Shown here: in pieces, positions 27,365 to 35,132 of the stretch | Layout: every line of letters begins with the position of its first letter | Numbering within the stretch: the stretch's first letter is position 1 | Assembly (NCBI GenBank): GCA_018970045.1 | Contig: JAGWXC010000001.1 | Coordinates: 1-59,508 of the forward strand | From: Planctomycetota bacterium | GTDB taxonomy: Bacteria > Planctomycetota > Phycisphaerae > Phycisphaerales > SM1A02 | Reading direction: 5' to 3' | DNA length: 59,508 nt | Notes under the pieces: generated by a model | What the model was told of the DNA's origin: nothing | Database searches by the model: none | What the model saw: the letters and a program-made list of their open reading frames with translations, nothing else | Program-made: the position numbers and the translations under genes

Positions 27365-28262
27365 ACTCCTCGAATCGGTCGATGCCGAGCGCGCCGGCCA
27401 CGAGCCCCACCGCCTTGGCCGCGTCGAGCGCCGTGTGCATCGTCGCCGCGGCGACCTGCCCTCGCAGCGTGCTCATCACGGCACGGACCACGCCGCGAGC
27501 GAGGTAGCGCAGCGCCACGCCGATGCATCCGAGTCGTGATGCTGCGTGCAGGTCGAGCATGATCCACGCGTTCGTCGCGCCGACGCGGTAGGCACGCTGC
27601 AGGGCCCACCGGCGCGTCATCCGAGAGCGTGGATAGTGCTCGAACGTGATCGCCTGGGCACACCAACGGATGCGATGGCCATCGCGCGCAAGCCTTCGGA
27701 AGAGGTGCGTGTCGCTGCCGCCGGTCTTGAGCAGGCGGTCGTCGAACCGGCACGCCGGATCCGCGACCACGCCATGACGCAGCGCCACGTTGTTGGTGTA
27801 GGCCTCCTGCAACCGCGTCCCGTCGGGATGATCGGGCTGCTCGTAGCACCGGGTCTGGAGCGCCCACGCGGGGACGGGATCCGGCAGCACGGGTCGCGCA
27901 GGGCCCGTCAGGATGTCGGCGTCACCACGGGCGGCAGCGTGTGCCAAGGCGCCGAGCCATGAGGGATCGACGGTCTCGTCATCGTCGACGAAGGCGATCC
28001 AGTCCGCGCACGGTTTGATCCTTCGAGCTTCATCGAGCGCGCGGTTGCGGGCGAGGGGGATTCCCGCCCGTGGCTCGAGCACGTGGGTGCACGGCCATCG
28101 GCTTGCTGGCAAGGGCGAACGGCGGTCGTCGTTCTCGACCACGATGACGGAGAGTGCGAGGGGAGCGGCTCCGTCAGTCGCGACCAGGCGGTCGAGTGAT
28201 GCGAAGAGCCGCGCGAGCCCGTCAGGCCTGCGTCTCGTGATGACAGCGACAGCGAATCGCAT
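27342..28262 (-). CDS. glycosyltransferase family 2 (tandem paralogue of 26408-27364)
   Basis: AVAVITRRRPDGLARLFASL...IVVENDD...LARNRAL...FVDDDE. Same motif order as the downstream neighbour. Confidence 0.75.
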   Translation of the reverse strand: MRFAVAVITRRRPDGLARLFASLDRLVATDGAAPLALSVIVVENDDRRSPLPASRWPCTHVLEPRAGIPLARNRALDEARRIKPCADWIAFVDDDETVDPSWLGALAHAAARGDADILTGPARPVLPDPVPAWALQTRCYEQPDHPDGTRLQEAYTNNVALRHGVVADPACRFDDRLLKTGGSDTHLFRRLARDGHRIRWCAQAITFEHYPRSRMTRRWALQRAYRVGATNAWIMLDLHAASRLGCIGVALRYLARGVVRAVMSTLRGQVAAATMHTALDAAKAVGLVAGALGIDRFEEYATHHGT

Positions 28263-28283
28263 GGCGTCCGATCGAGTCTAGCG

Positions 28284-29447
28284 GTGGGTGCCTCGCCGCG
28301 GAGGTCGAAGCACCGTACGCTCGTGTCCATGCCGACGCGGGACACGGCCATCGACACACCGAGCACCGTCGCCGAGGGAGTCTCCGTGGTCATACCGACC
28401 TGCAACCGCCGCGAGCAGATCGTGCGGTGTGTTCGCTCGCTTCTGAAGCAGACCGCACCGCCGCGCGAGATCATCGTGGTCGATGATGGCTCGACCGATG
28501 GCAGTGCCGACGCCATCCGCGCGCTGTCGACCGACGCCGGGCAGACCAACCTCCGGGTGATCTGCAATGACCGCACGCTCGGGGCCAACGCAAGCCGCAA
28601 CGTCGGCATCCGCGTTGCTGCGGGCGCGCTCGTGGCCTTCCTCGACTCCGACTGCGTCGCCGATGCGCAGTGGATCGAGCGCCTCCGTGAACCGTTCGCG
28701 GATCCCGTGGTTGGTGCCGCGTCCGGGCTCGTCGAGGACACGTGCCGATCAAACGCCTGGGAGCGGGCCTTCGCTGGCACGCACCGCTTGCCGCGACGCG
28801 GGCCCGCTCGGCGCTTCACCTCGTGCAACCTGATGGTCCGTCGATGCCTCCTCACGGCCCATCGGTGGGAGGAGGACTTCTCCGATGCCACTCGCGCCGG
28901 CCGGCGTCCAGACACCACGTTTTCCGGGCGTTGCGATGAGGAGGGGCTGTATCTGGCGATCAGGGCAGCGGGGTGGACCGTCGTGGCCGAGCCCTCGGCC
29001 AGGCTGGACCACGAGCACCCATACGGTTGGCACAGCTTCCGTCGGCAGGCGTGGCATGGTGGTCGAGCGGCGGCCGAGTTGGTCTGGAAGTTCCGACTGC
29101 ACGATCGTCTCGATGTCGCACCGTTCGTGCTCGCGGCACTGCTGCTGGTCATCTCGACATCGGTCGCAGCCTGCATCGATGCCCCCTGGCGGTGGTGGCT
29201 CCCGCTCGTCGCGCTTGCGCCGTTCGCGGCCGGTTGCGCCGCAGTTACCTGGAACGAGATCGCCAACAAGGGCAAATCTCCCGGTGGCTTGATCGCCGCG
29301 ATCCCGGCGCTGTCGGCGTACTACGCGCTGCGCAGCGTTGGCTATGCGCTGCGCCGCGCGGAGTTGTTCCTCGGGATCAGCCCTCTGTCGCGCATCGAGC
29401 CTGGCTCGCTCGGTCGGTCAATGCCCCGGCCTGGAGCGACGCCATGA
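28284..29447 (+). CDS. glycosyltransferase family 2 with C-terminal TM segments
   Basis: VSVVIPTCNRREQIVRCVRSL...IVVDDGSTDGS...ASRNVGI...FLDSDC. Alternative ATG start at 28329. Confidence 0.8.
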   Translation: MGASPRRSKHRTLVSMPTRDTAIDTPSTVAEGVSVVIPTCNRREQIVRCVRSLLKQTAPPREIIVVDDGSTDGSADAIRALSTDAGQTNLRVICNDRTLGANASRNVGIRVAAGALVAFLDSDCVADAQWIERLREPFADPVVGAASGLVEDTCRSNAWERAFAGTHRLPRRGPARRFTSCNLMVRRCLLTAHRWEEDFSDATRAGRRPDTTFSGRCDEEGLYLAIRAAGWTVVAEPSARLDHEHPYGWHSFRRQAWHGGRAAAELVWKFRLHDRLDVAPFVLAALLLVISTSVAACIDAPWRWWLPLVALAPFAAGCAAVTWNEIANKGKSPGGLIAAIPALSAYYALRSVGYALRRAELFLGISPLSRIEPGSLGRSMPRPGATP

Positions 29448-30673
29448 CGGCGTTTCGGATGTTGCTGGTGACCGGTGGATTCCCGCTGCGCAGCGAGACG
29501 TTCATCCGTGATCATGTCACCGGGCTGCTCGAGGCGGGCGTCGACCTCACCATCCTCTCGCTGCACGCGGGCGACGACTCGACGTGGGTCGCTGACGAGG
29601 AGCGCCTTGGTGTCCCGGGTCGCATCAGGTGTGCTCGGATCGATTCGCCGCTCCTGCAACGAATCATCGGGCTTCCCTGGCGTTGGGCCGCACACGCTTG
29701 CCGATCGCCAGCGATTGCCTGTCGGTTGTGCTCACCATCGCAAGGATGGAGAGGCCCCTCCGGCGTGCTGCTCGAGGCAGCATCGGCGCTGGGTGCACGC
29801 GGGTGCCCGCATGCGTATGACCGCATCCACGCGGAGTTCGGCCCAAGCGGCGTGGTCGCGGCGAAACTCCGGCGCGCCGGGTGCATCACGGGTCCGCTGT
29901 CGTGTGCCTTCTACGGCTACGACGCAACCCGTGCCATCATGCAGTCGGGGACGGGTTTCTACAGCGAGCTCTTCGAGGACGCGGACATGCTCTTGCCGAA
30001 TTCGGAGTTCCTGGCGTCGAAGCTGAAGGCCGCAGGCGCGCCGGCTCGCAAGGTCATCGTGCATCGACTCGGTGTCGTCACCTCGCGGTTTCGACCTGTC
30101 GGCGGTCGATCAGCAGGCGCGGGTCCGTGGCATGCCACCGCGATCGGGCGCTTCGTGCCCAAGAAGGGTTTCGGGACGCTGCTGCGCGCGCTCGCACTCG
30201 CGGGTCCGTCCGCGCCAACGCTCACGCTCATCGGCGATGGCCCACTGGCGCCCGCGTTGCGAGCGCTCGCCACGGAGCTCGGCGTCGCCGAACGCGTGCG
30301 CTTTGCGGGCTGGCTGTCACGCGACGCGGTATTGGCGGAGTTGGGGTCCTCCGATGCCCTGATCGCGCCGAGCGAGACGGCGGACGATGGCGACGTCGAG
30401 GGCATGCCGGTCGTCGTGATGGAAGCGATGGCGTGCGGCCTTCCCGTCATCGGCACGGACCACAGCGGGATTCCCGAGATCGTGCGTGACGGCGTGAATG
30501 GACTCATCGTGGCGGAGCGCGATCCCGCAGCACTCGCGGTCGCGATGGAGCGCATGGCGGATCCGCTCCTGCGACACTCGTTCGGCACACGGTCACGCGA
30601 TATCGCCGAAGTCGAACTCGACCACGTCGCCCTCATGGGCCGCTTGCTCTGCATGCTGCGCGGGCAGCGGTAG
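29444..30673 (+). CDS. glycosyltransferase family 4 (GT-B, group 1)
   Basis: MLLVTGGFPLRSETFI...GRFVPKKGF..LL.A...; the E-x7-E region reads SETADDGDVEGMPVVVMEAMACGLPVIGTDHSGIPEIV. ATGA overlap at the start. Confidence 0.85.
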   Translation: MTAFRMLLVTGGFPLRSETFIRDHVTGLLEAGVDLTILSLHAGDDSTWVADEERLGVPGRIRCARIDSPLLQRIIGLPWRWAAHACRSPAIACRLCSPSQGWRGPSGVLLEAASALGARGCPHAYDRIHAEFGPSGVVAAKLRRAGCITGPLSCAFYGYDATRAIMQSGTGFYSELFEDADMLLPNSEFLASKLKAAGAPARKVIVHRLGVVTSRFRPVGGRSAGAGPWHATAIGRFVPKKGFGTLLRALALAGPSAPTLTLIGDGPLAPALRALATELGVAERVRFAGWLSRDAVLAELGSSDALIAPSETADDGDVEGMPVVVMEAMACGLPVIGTDHSGIPEIVRDGVNGLIVAERDPAALAVAMERMADPLLRHSFGTRSRDIAEVELDHVALMGRLLCMLRGQR

Positions 30674-30686
30674 GCTCCTGACCGCC

Positions 30687-31586
30687 ATGGCCATCGCGTT
30701 CAAGCGTCACTTCCGCGAGTTCAGTCGCTTCCTGCGCACGGAACGTCGTAGCTTTGGGAATCGTCGCGTCCCCGGCCCGTGGATTCCCGGGAGCCAACAC
30801 CCCGATTCGCTGCTGCTGGTCACGCTCGATTCGTGCCGATGGGACACCTTCGATCGTGTGCCGACCCCAAACATCGATGCGGTGGGCACGCCACACCGCG
30901 TCATGGCACCGTCCTACTTCACCTTTGCATCGCACGCGGCCATGTTCGTCGGCTTCACGCCCGGCGATGGACTGCGTTCGGAACCGATCGTGAATCCGAA
31001 GTACGGCAAGCTCGTCCGGCTCGACGGGGGTGGGACGCGGTCGCAGGGCCGGGATCGGTTCGTGCTCGGGGGTCGCTCGATCATCGATGGCTTCAATCGT
31101 CGCGGGTACATCACCGCGGGCACGGGTGCCGTCAAGTGGTTCGATGACAGTTCGCCGGCTGGAACCACCCTCGTGCGCGACTTCCAGCACTATCGGTACG
31201 CGGGCAACTGCTGGTCCCTCGGTCGGCAACTCGAGTTCCTCGCCGACAAGGTGGGGGGGGCGCGCCAACCGGTCTTCTGTTTCCTCAACGTCGGTGAGAC
31301 GCACGTGCCGTATTGGCATGAGGGAGCGCCGTGGGACCGCACGCGGGTGCCGTGCCGTGCCTTCGCGGAGACGAACGACCGCGAGGAGAGCGCTCGCCGG
31401 CAGGGCGAATGCCTCGCGTTCGTCGATCGCACGCTCGGCCCGCTGCTGCAGGCCTTTTCCGCCGCCAACATCATGGTGTGCGGGGACCACGGCGATGTGT
31501 GGGGTGAGGACGGCGTCTGGGAGCACGGCTTCCATCACCCCAAGGTGATGGAGGTTCCGATGGCGTTTCGGTTGTCCGTGAGCTGA
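30687..31586 (+). CDS. alkaline-phosphatase/sulfatase-superfamily hydrolase-like protein
   Basis: LLLVTLDSCRWDTF metal-site-like N-terminal motif and a later GDHGDVWGEDGVWEHG segment (the GDHG of AP-superfamily enzymes). The family call is tentative. Confidence 0.45.
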   Translation: MAIAFKRHFREFSRFLRTERRSFGNRRVPGPWIPGSQHPDSLLLVTLDSCRWDTFDRVPTPNIDAVGTPHRVMAPSYFTFASHAAMFVGFTPGDGLRSEPIVNPKYGKLVRLDGGGTRSQGRDRFVLGGRSIIDGFNRRGYITAGTGAVKWFDDSSPAGTTLVRDFQHYRYAGNCWSLGRQLEFLADKVGGARQPVFCFLNVGETHVPYWHEGAPWDRTRVPCRAFAETNDREESARRQGECLAFVDRTLGPLLQAFSAANIMVCGDHGDVWGEDGVWEHGFHHPKVMEVPMAFRLSVS

Positions 31587-31600
31587 TTTCCGGAAATTTC
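31584..31600 (+). promoter_or_regulatory. palindromic TGATTTCCGGAAATTTC element
   Basis: Contains the 12-bp perfect palindrome ATTTCCGGAAAT. The CCGG core lies 76 nt upstream of the ATG at 31666. It overlaps the stop codon of the preceding gene. Confidence 0.5.
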
Positions 31601-31665
31601 GCTTGCGGCTGCCGGGGCGGAGGCAACACTCCAAAGTCTCCCCGAGACCCAAGGAACCCCCTGAC

Positions 31666-33768
31666 ATGCTGCGTACCTGCCTTGCCGTCCTGTGTGTCGC
31701 CCTCTTCGCGCCAGTTCCAACCGCCATCGCCCAGGATTGCAATGGCGACGGGCTTCCCGAGTCGCAGCAGATCGGCGTGCAGGGCCTGACCGCGCAGTAC
31801 TTCGCCAACCGCACGTGGAGCGGCCCCCCGGCAGCCGTGCAGGTTGATCTCACAGGCTCGGGCGGATTCGACCTCTCCGATTGGCCCCTGCCAGCCGGTG
31901 TGCCGCAGGATCTCTTCAGCGTGCGATGGACGGGCTCGATCAACTTCAGCACGACAGGTCTCTTCCAGTTCCGGGTGTCCTCTGACGATGGATACCGCCT
32001 CTACCTCGATGGCGTGCTCATCGGGACGTCAGAGGGCAACGTTGGGAACCAGGTGGTCCCGGCCGCTCCGATCAACGTCACAGCGGGTGCCCACTACCTG
32101 AGGGTGGAGCTTCGCGAGGACTTCGGCGGACAGAAGATGCGACTTGAACGCAAGCAGTCCACGGCCACCACGTGGAATGTCATCGCCAACAGCAATTTCC
32201 TCGCTGGGGCTGACCGGGATTCCAATGGAACGCTGGACGTGTGCCAGTTCGGCGACTGCAACGCGAACTTCGTGCCTGACTCGGTCGACATCGCCAACGC
32301 GCCGTCCATCGACTGCAACGGCAATGGCGTTCTGGATACCTGCGAGGCTCCGTCAAACGACTGCGATGCCAACGGCATTCCCGAGTCGTGCGAAACCACC
32401 GGCGGCGGCCTGGCGGGGTTCTACTTCGCGACGCCTGACTTCACGGGGCCGGTCACGGCGCGTCGTCGTGATGCGATGGGCCCACTCGGGCTCGACTTCA
32501 ACGTCACCCAGGAAGGCCTCAACGATTGGCAGCCCGCAGGCATTCCCACGGACAACTTTTCCGCGCGGTGGGTCGGCAGCCTGATCGTCCCAGCCTCGGG
32601 CCAGTACGACTTCGAGCTTCGCTCGGACGACGTCGGCGAACTGGTCATCGATGGCGTCCCGCTCGCAGCGACCAACAACAGCACCGAGGAGCGCGGGCCG
32701 TTCTTCCTCTCGGCCGGGCCGCACTTCTTCACCGTGTCCTTCCGTGAGTTTGGTGGCGACCAGCGTGTGCGGGTTCGATGGCGCGTCTCGGGGCAGTCGA
32801 GCTGGCAACCGATTCCCGGCAGTGCCTTCATCCCCCGGTACGACGGCGACGCCGATGGCCTCAACGACGCCTGCGAGTCCGGAGACTGCAACGGAAACCA
32901 GATGCCTGACGGCCTCGAGCTCTCGCTCGGGCTGGCCAGCGACTGCGATGGTGATGGCACGCTCGATGCGTGCGAGGTCGCGTCGGGTGCACCGGATTGC
33001 AACGACAATCTCGTTCCTGATGCGTGCGAAGCCTCGGTCAGCGGTCTGTTTGGCCGCTACTTCGTCCGACTCGGTTCGAGCAATCCCGCGAATCCGTACC
33101 AGCCGGGCCAGCTGTTGGCGGCGCGTCGGGATTCCAACGTCGCATTCTCCAACTCCTTCTGGATGCCCACAGGCGTCCCCGCTGACGAGTTCATCGTCGT
33201 CTGGACGGGCTCGATCACCGCTGGTCCTGAGTCCGGTGTCTGGTCGTTCCGCACGGACTCCGATGATGGAGCGCGCTTGACCATCGACGGAACGACCGTG
33301 ATCGACGGCTGGCTGGGCGACTCCGGCATCCGAACCGGATCCATCACCCTGCAAGCGGGCGCGACCTATGACCTCAAGCTCGAGTACCACGAGGGCAACG
33401 GGGGGCAGTACTGCGTCCTGGGGTGGTCGCCGCCATCGGCGAGTGGAGCCCCCGTCTTCACCACTGTCCCATCGACAGCGCTGCGTGTGGCCACGCCTGA
33501 CTGCAATGCCAACGGCATCCCCGACGATTGCGACATCGCATCGGGTTCGCTGCCGGATCCGGGGTTCGGCATCCCTGCGCCCTGCGCCGCCGGCCCAGCT
33601 TGCCCGGCCGACCTAACCTCCGACGGCGTGATCGACGGCGCGGACCTTGGCTCACTGCTCACGCAGTGGGGGTGCGCGTCGGCGTGCAGCGCTGACCTCG
33701 ATGCGAGCGGGACCGTCGACGGTGCTGACCTCGGCATCATGCTCACGTCGTGGGGTTCGTGCCCGTGA
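31666..33768 (+). CDS. secreted protein with three PA14 domains, Cys-rich DCNxNGxPDxC mini-repeats and C-terminal double dockerin-like module
   Basis: Signal peptide MLRTCLAVLCVALFAPVPTAIA|QD. PA14 hallmarks appear three times (GLTAQYF...FSVRWTG...FRVSSDDGYRLYLDG; GLAGFYF...FSARWVG...SDDVGELVIDG; GLFGRYF...VVWTG...DSDDGARLTIDG). C-terminus is [24 protein letters not shown]...[24 protein letters not shown]. Confidence 0.8.
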   Translation: MLRTCLAVLCVALFAPVPTAIAQDCNGDGLPESQQIGVQGLTAQYFANRTWSGPPAAVQVDLTGSGGFDLSDWPLPAGVPQDLFSVRWTGSINFSTTGLFQFRVSSDDGYRLYLDGVLIGTSEGNVGNQVVPAAPINVTAGAHYLRVELREDFGGQKMRLERKQSTATTWNVIANSNFLAGADRDSNGTLDVCQFGDCNANFVPDSVDIANAPSIDCNGNGVLDTCEAPSNDCDANGIPESCETTGGGLAGFYFATPDFTGPVTARRRDAMGPLGLDFNVTQEGLNDWQPAGIPTDNFSARWVGSLIVPASGQYDFELRSDDVGELVIDGVPLAATNNSTEERGPFFLSAGPHFFTVSFREFGGDQRVRVRWRVSGQSSWQPIPGSAFIPRYDGDADGLNDACESGDCNGNQMPDGLELSLGLASDCDGDGTLDACEVASGAPDCNDNLVPDACEASVSGLFGRYFVRLGSSNPANPYQPGQLLAARRDSNVAFSNSFWMPTGVPADEFIVVWTGSITAGPESGVWSFRTDSDDGARLTIDGTTVIDGWLGDSGIRTGSITLQAGATYDLKLEYHEGNGGQYCVLGWSPPSASGAPVFTTVPSTALRVATPDCNANGIPDDCDIASGSLPDPGFGIPAPCAAGPACPADLTSDGVIDGADLGSLLTQWGCASACSADLDASGTVDGADLGIMLTSWGSCP

Positions 33769-33805
33769 GCGACCGAGGTACAACGCTTGCCGTTACGATC
33801 CTGTC

Positions 33806-35023
33806 ATGAGCCGCCCCCGCGCCGCCCATGAAGCCTCAGGTGCAGCATCGGTCAGGATCGCGCTGCTTGAACTCAAGTCCGCGATGCAGGAACTGCTGAG
33901 CGCGGTACCCGGTCTCACGGGATTCCGGCCGGTCGACATCGAGAGCGCTCTCGGGATCGATCTCAAGCTCGCCTGGAAGGTGTCGCATATCGCGCATGCC
34001 GGCGATCCGTTCGATGCGGTTCGTCATCTTCCGGGTGACTTGGCTGGATCGATCGTCGCCGAGGCTGCTCGGCAGCGGGGCGTGCCTCTGGCCCGGATCG
34101 TGGCCATGCGAAAGGCGCTCGCCAACGTGCAGGAACTCGGGACGGCATGGGCCGGCAGCAAACGCGCCTTCGCCCTGCTCAGTGCCAACTTGGCCACTGC
34201 GGAGGACGGACGTTTCGCGCTGGAGCGCCGCAAGGAACTCTTCAATGGCGGCATGCACGTCTGGGGCATGCGTGCGTCCAGCGCATTTCGTGTCGACATC
34301 CTGCATCCAGCGACCAACGGTCGCGTGATCGATTGTCTGACGGTGCGTGGATTCGTGGATCTTGAGCGCCTTCGATTCGATGCTGCCTGGCGGCTCGATG
34401 GACCAGCGGTGGTCGACGATCGCGGCCGTTCGAGCTCGCGATCGTTCGTAGAGGCTCCGAAGGGCGTGAAGGGGGCACGTTCTCCGTTCCTTGTTCCCGA
34501 GCTGTGCAGCGGGACCATGCCGACGCTTGATCGAGTCACGGGTGATCACTCCCTCCACCTCGCCACTGGTGAAGTCGGACGCGCTAGCGCCAGCACGGTC
34601 GTCCAGGCCGCCATCGTTCGCCGCGTCCAGCCGCGGGGGCCAAGCAAGGACTATTCGGGCTTCTTTCAGGTGTTCCGCCTCCGCACACCCAGCGAGTCGC
34701 AGGAATTCGTGGTTGGCGTGCACCGGAGTCTGGTACCCGTTGGCGTGCAGCCGGATGCGGTCGTCTACGGCGATCTGTACGGGGCACCGGAGCGGCGTGT
34801 TCCATACCACCTCGGTGACCGGCTCCAATGCAGCGCGAGCGTCGAACAGATCGCTCCTCGGCCGAAACTTCGTGTGGCGGGCGTGCCGGAGTTGGACCAT
34901 TGGGTCGACGGCCAACTCTCAGCGCTCGGCTGGCCACGCGGTGACCTCCTCTGGTTCAAGGCCACGGTGAGCTTTCCACCGGTACCGAGCACGCTCGTGG
35001 TCCAGATGCCGCAGGCCGAGTGA
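33806..35023 (+). CDS. hypothetical cytoplasmic protein (405 aa), no recognisable motif
   Basis: No signal peptide or TM segment. Only 37 nt downstream of the PA14 gene, so probably co-transcribed. The upstream ORF extension overlaps the PA14 gene and was discarded. Confidence 0.55.
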   Translation: MSRPRAAHEASGAASVRIALLELKSAMQELLSAVPGLTGFRPVDIESALGIDLKLAWKVSHIAHAGDPFDAVRHLPGDLAGSIVAEAARQRGVPLARIVAMRKALANVQELGTAWAGSKRAFALLSANLATAEDGRFALERRKELFNGGMHVWGMRASSAFRVDILHPATNGRVIDCLTVRGFVDLERLRFDAAWRLDGPAVVDDRGRSSSRSFVEAPKGVKGARSPFLVPELCSGTMPTLDRVTGDHSLHLATGEVGRASASTVVQAAIVRRVQPRGPSKDYSGFFQVFRLRTPSESQEFVVGVHRSLVPVGVQPDAVVYGDLYGAPERRVPYHLGDRLQCSASVEQIAPRPKLRVAGVPELDHWVDGQLSALGWPRGDLLWFKATVSFPPVPSTLVVQMPQAE

Positions 35024-35047
35024 GCCACGCCCAACAGCGTGAAGTCG

Positions 35048-35067
35048 CGCGATTTCCGGAAAATCGG
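35048..35067 (+). promoter_or_regulatory. palindromic CGCGATTTCCGGAAAATCGG element
   Basis: Contains the 10-bp perfect palindrome TTTCCGGAAA. The CCGG core lies 77 nt upstream of the ATG at 35133. Confidence 0.5.
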
Positions 35068-35132
35068 TTTCACGAGCGCCTGACTTTGGTGCATAGTTAC
35101 CCCGTGCGACGGTCGCATCCCGCACCCCACCC

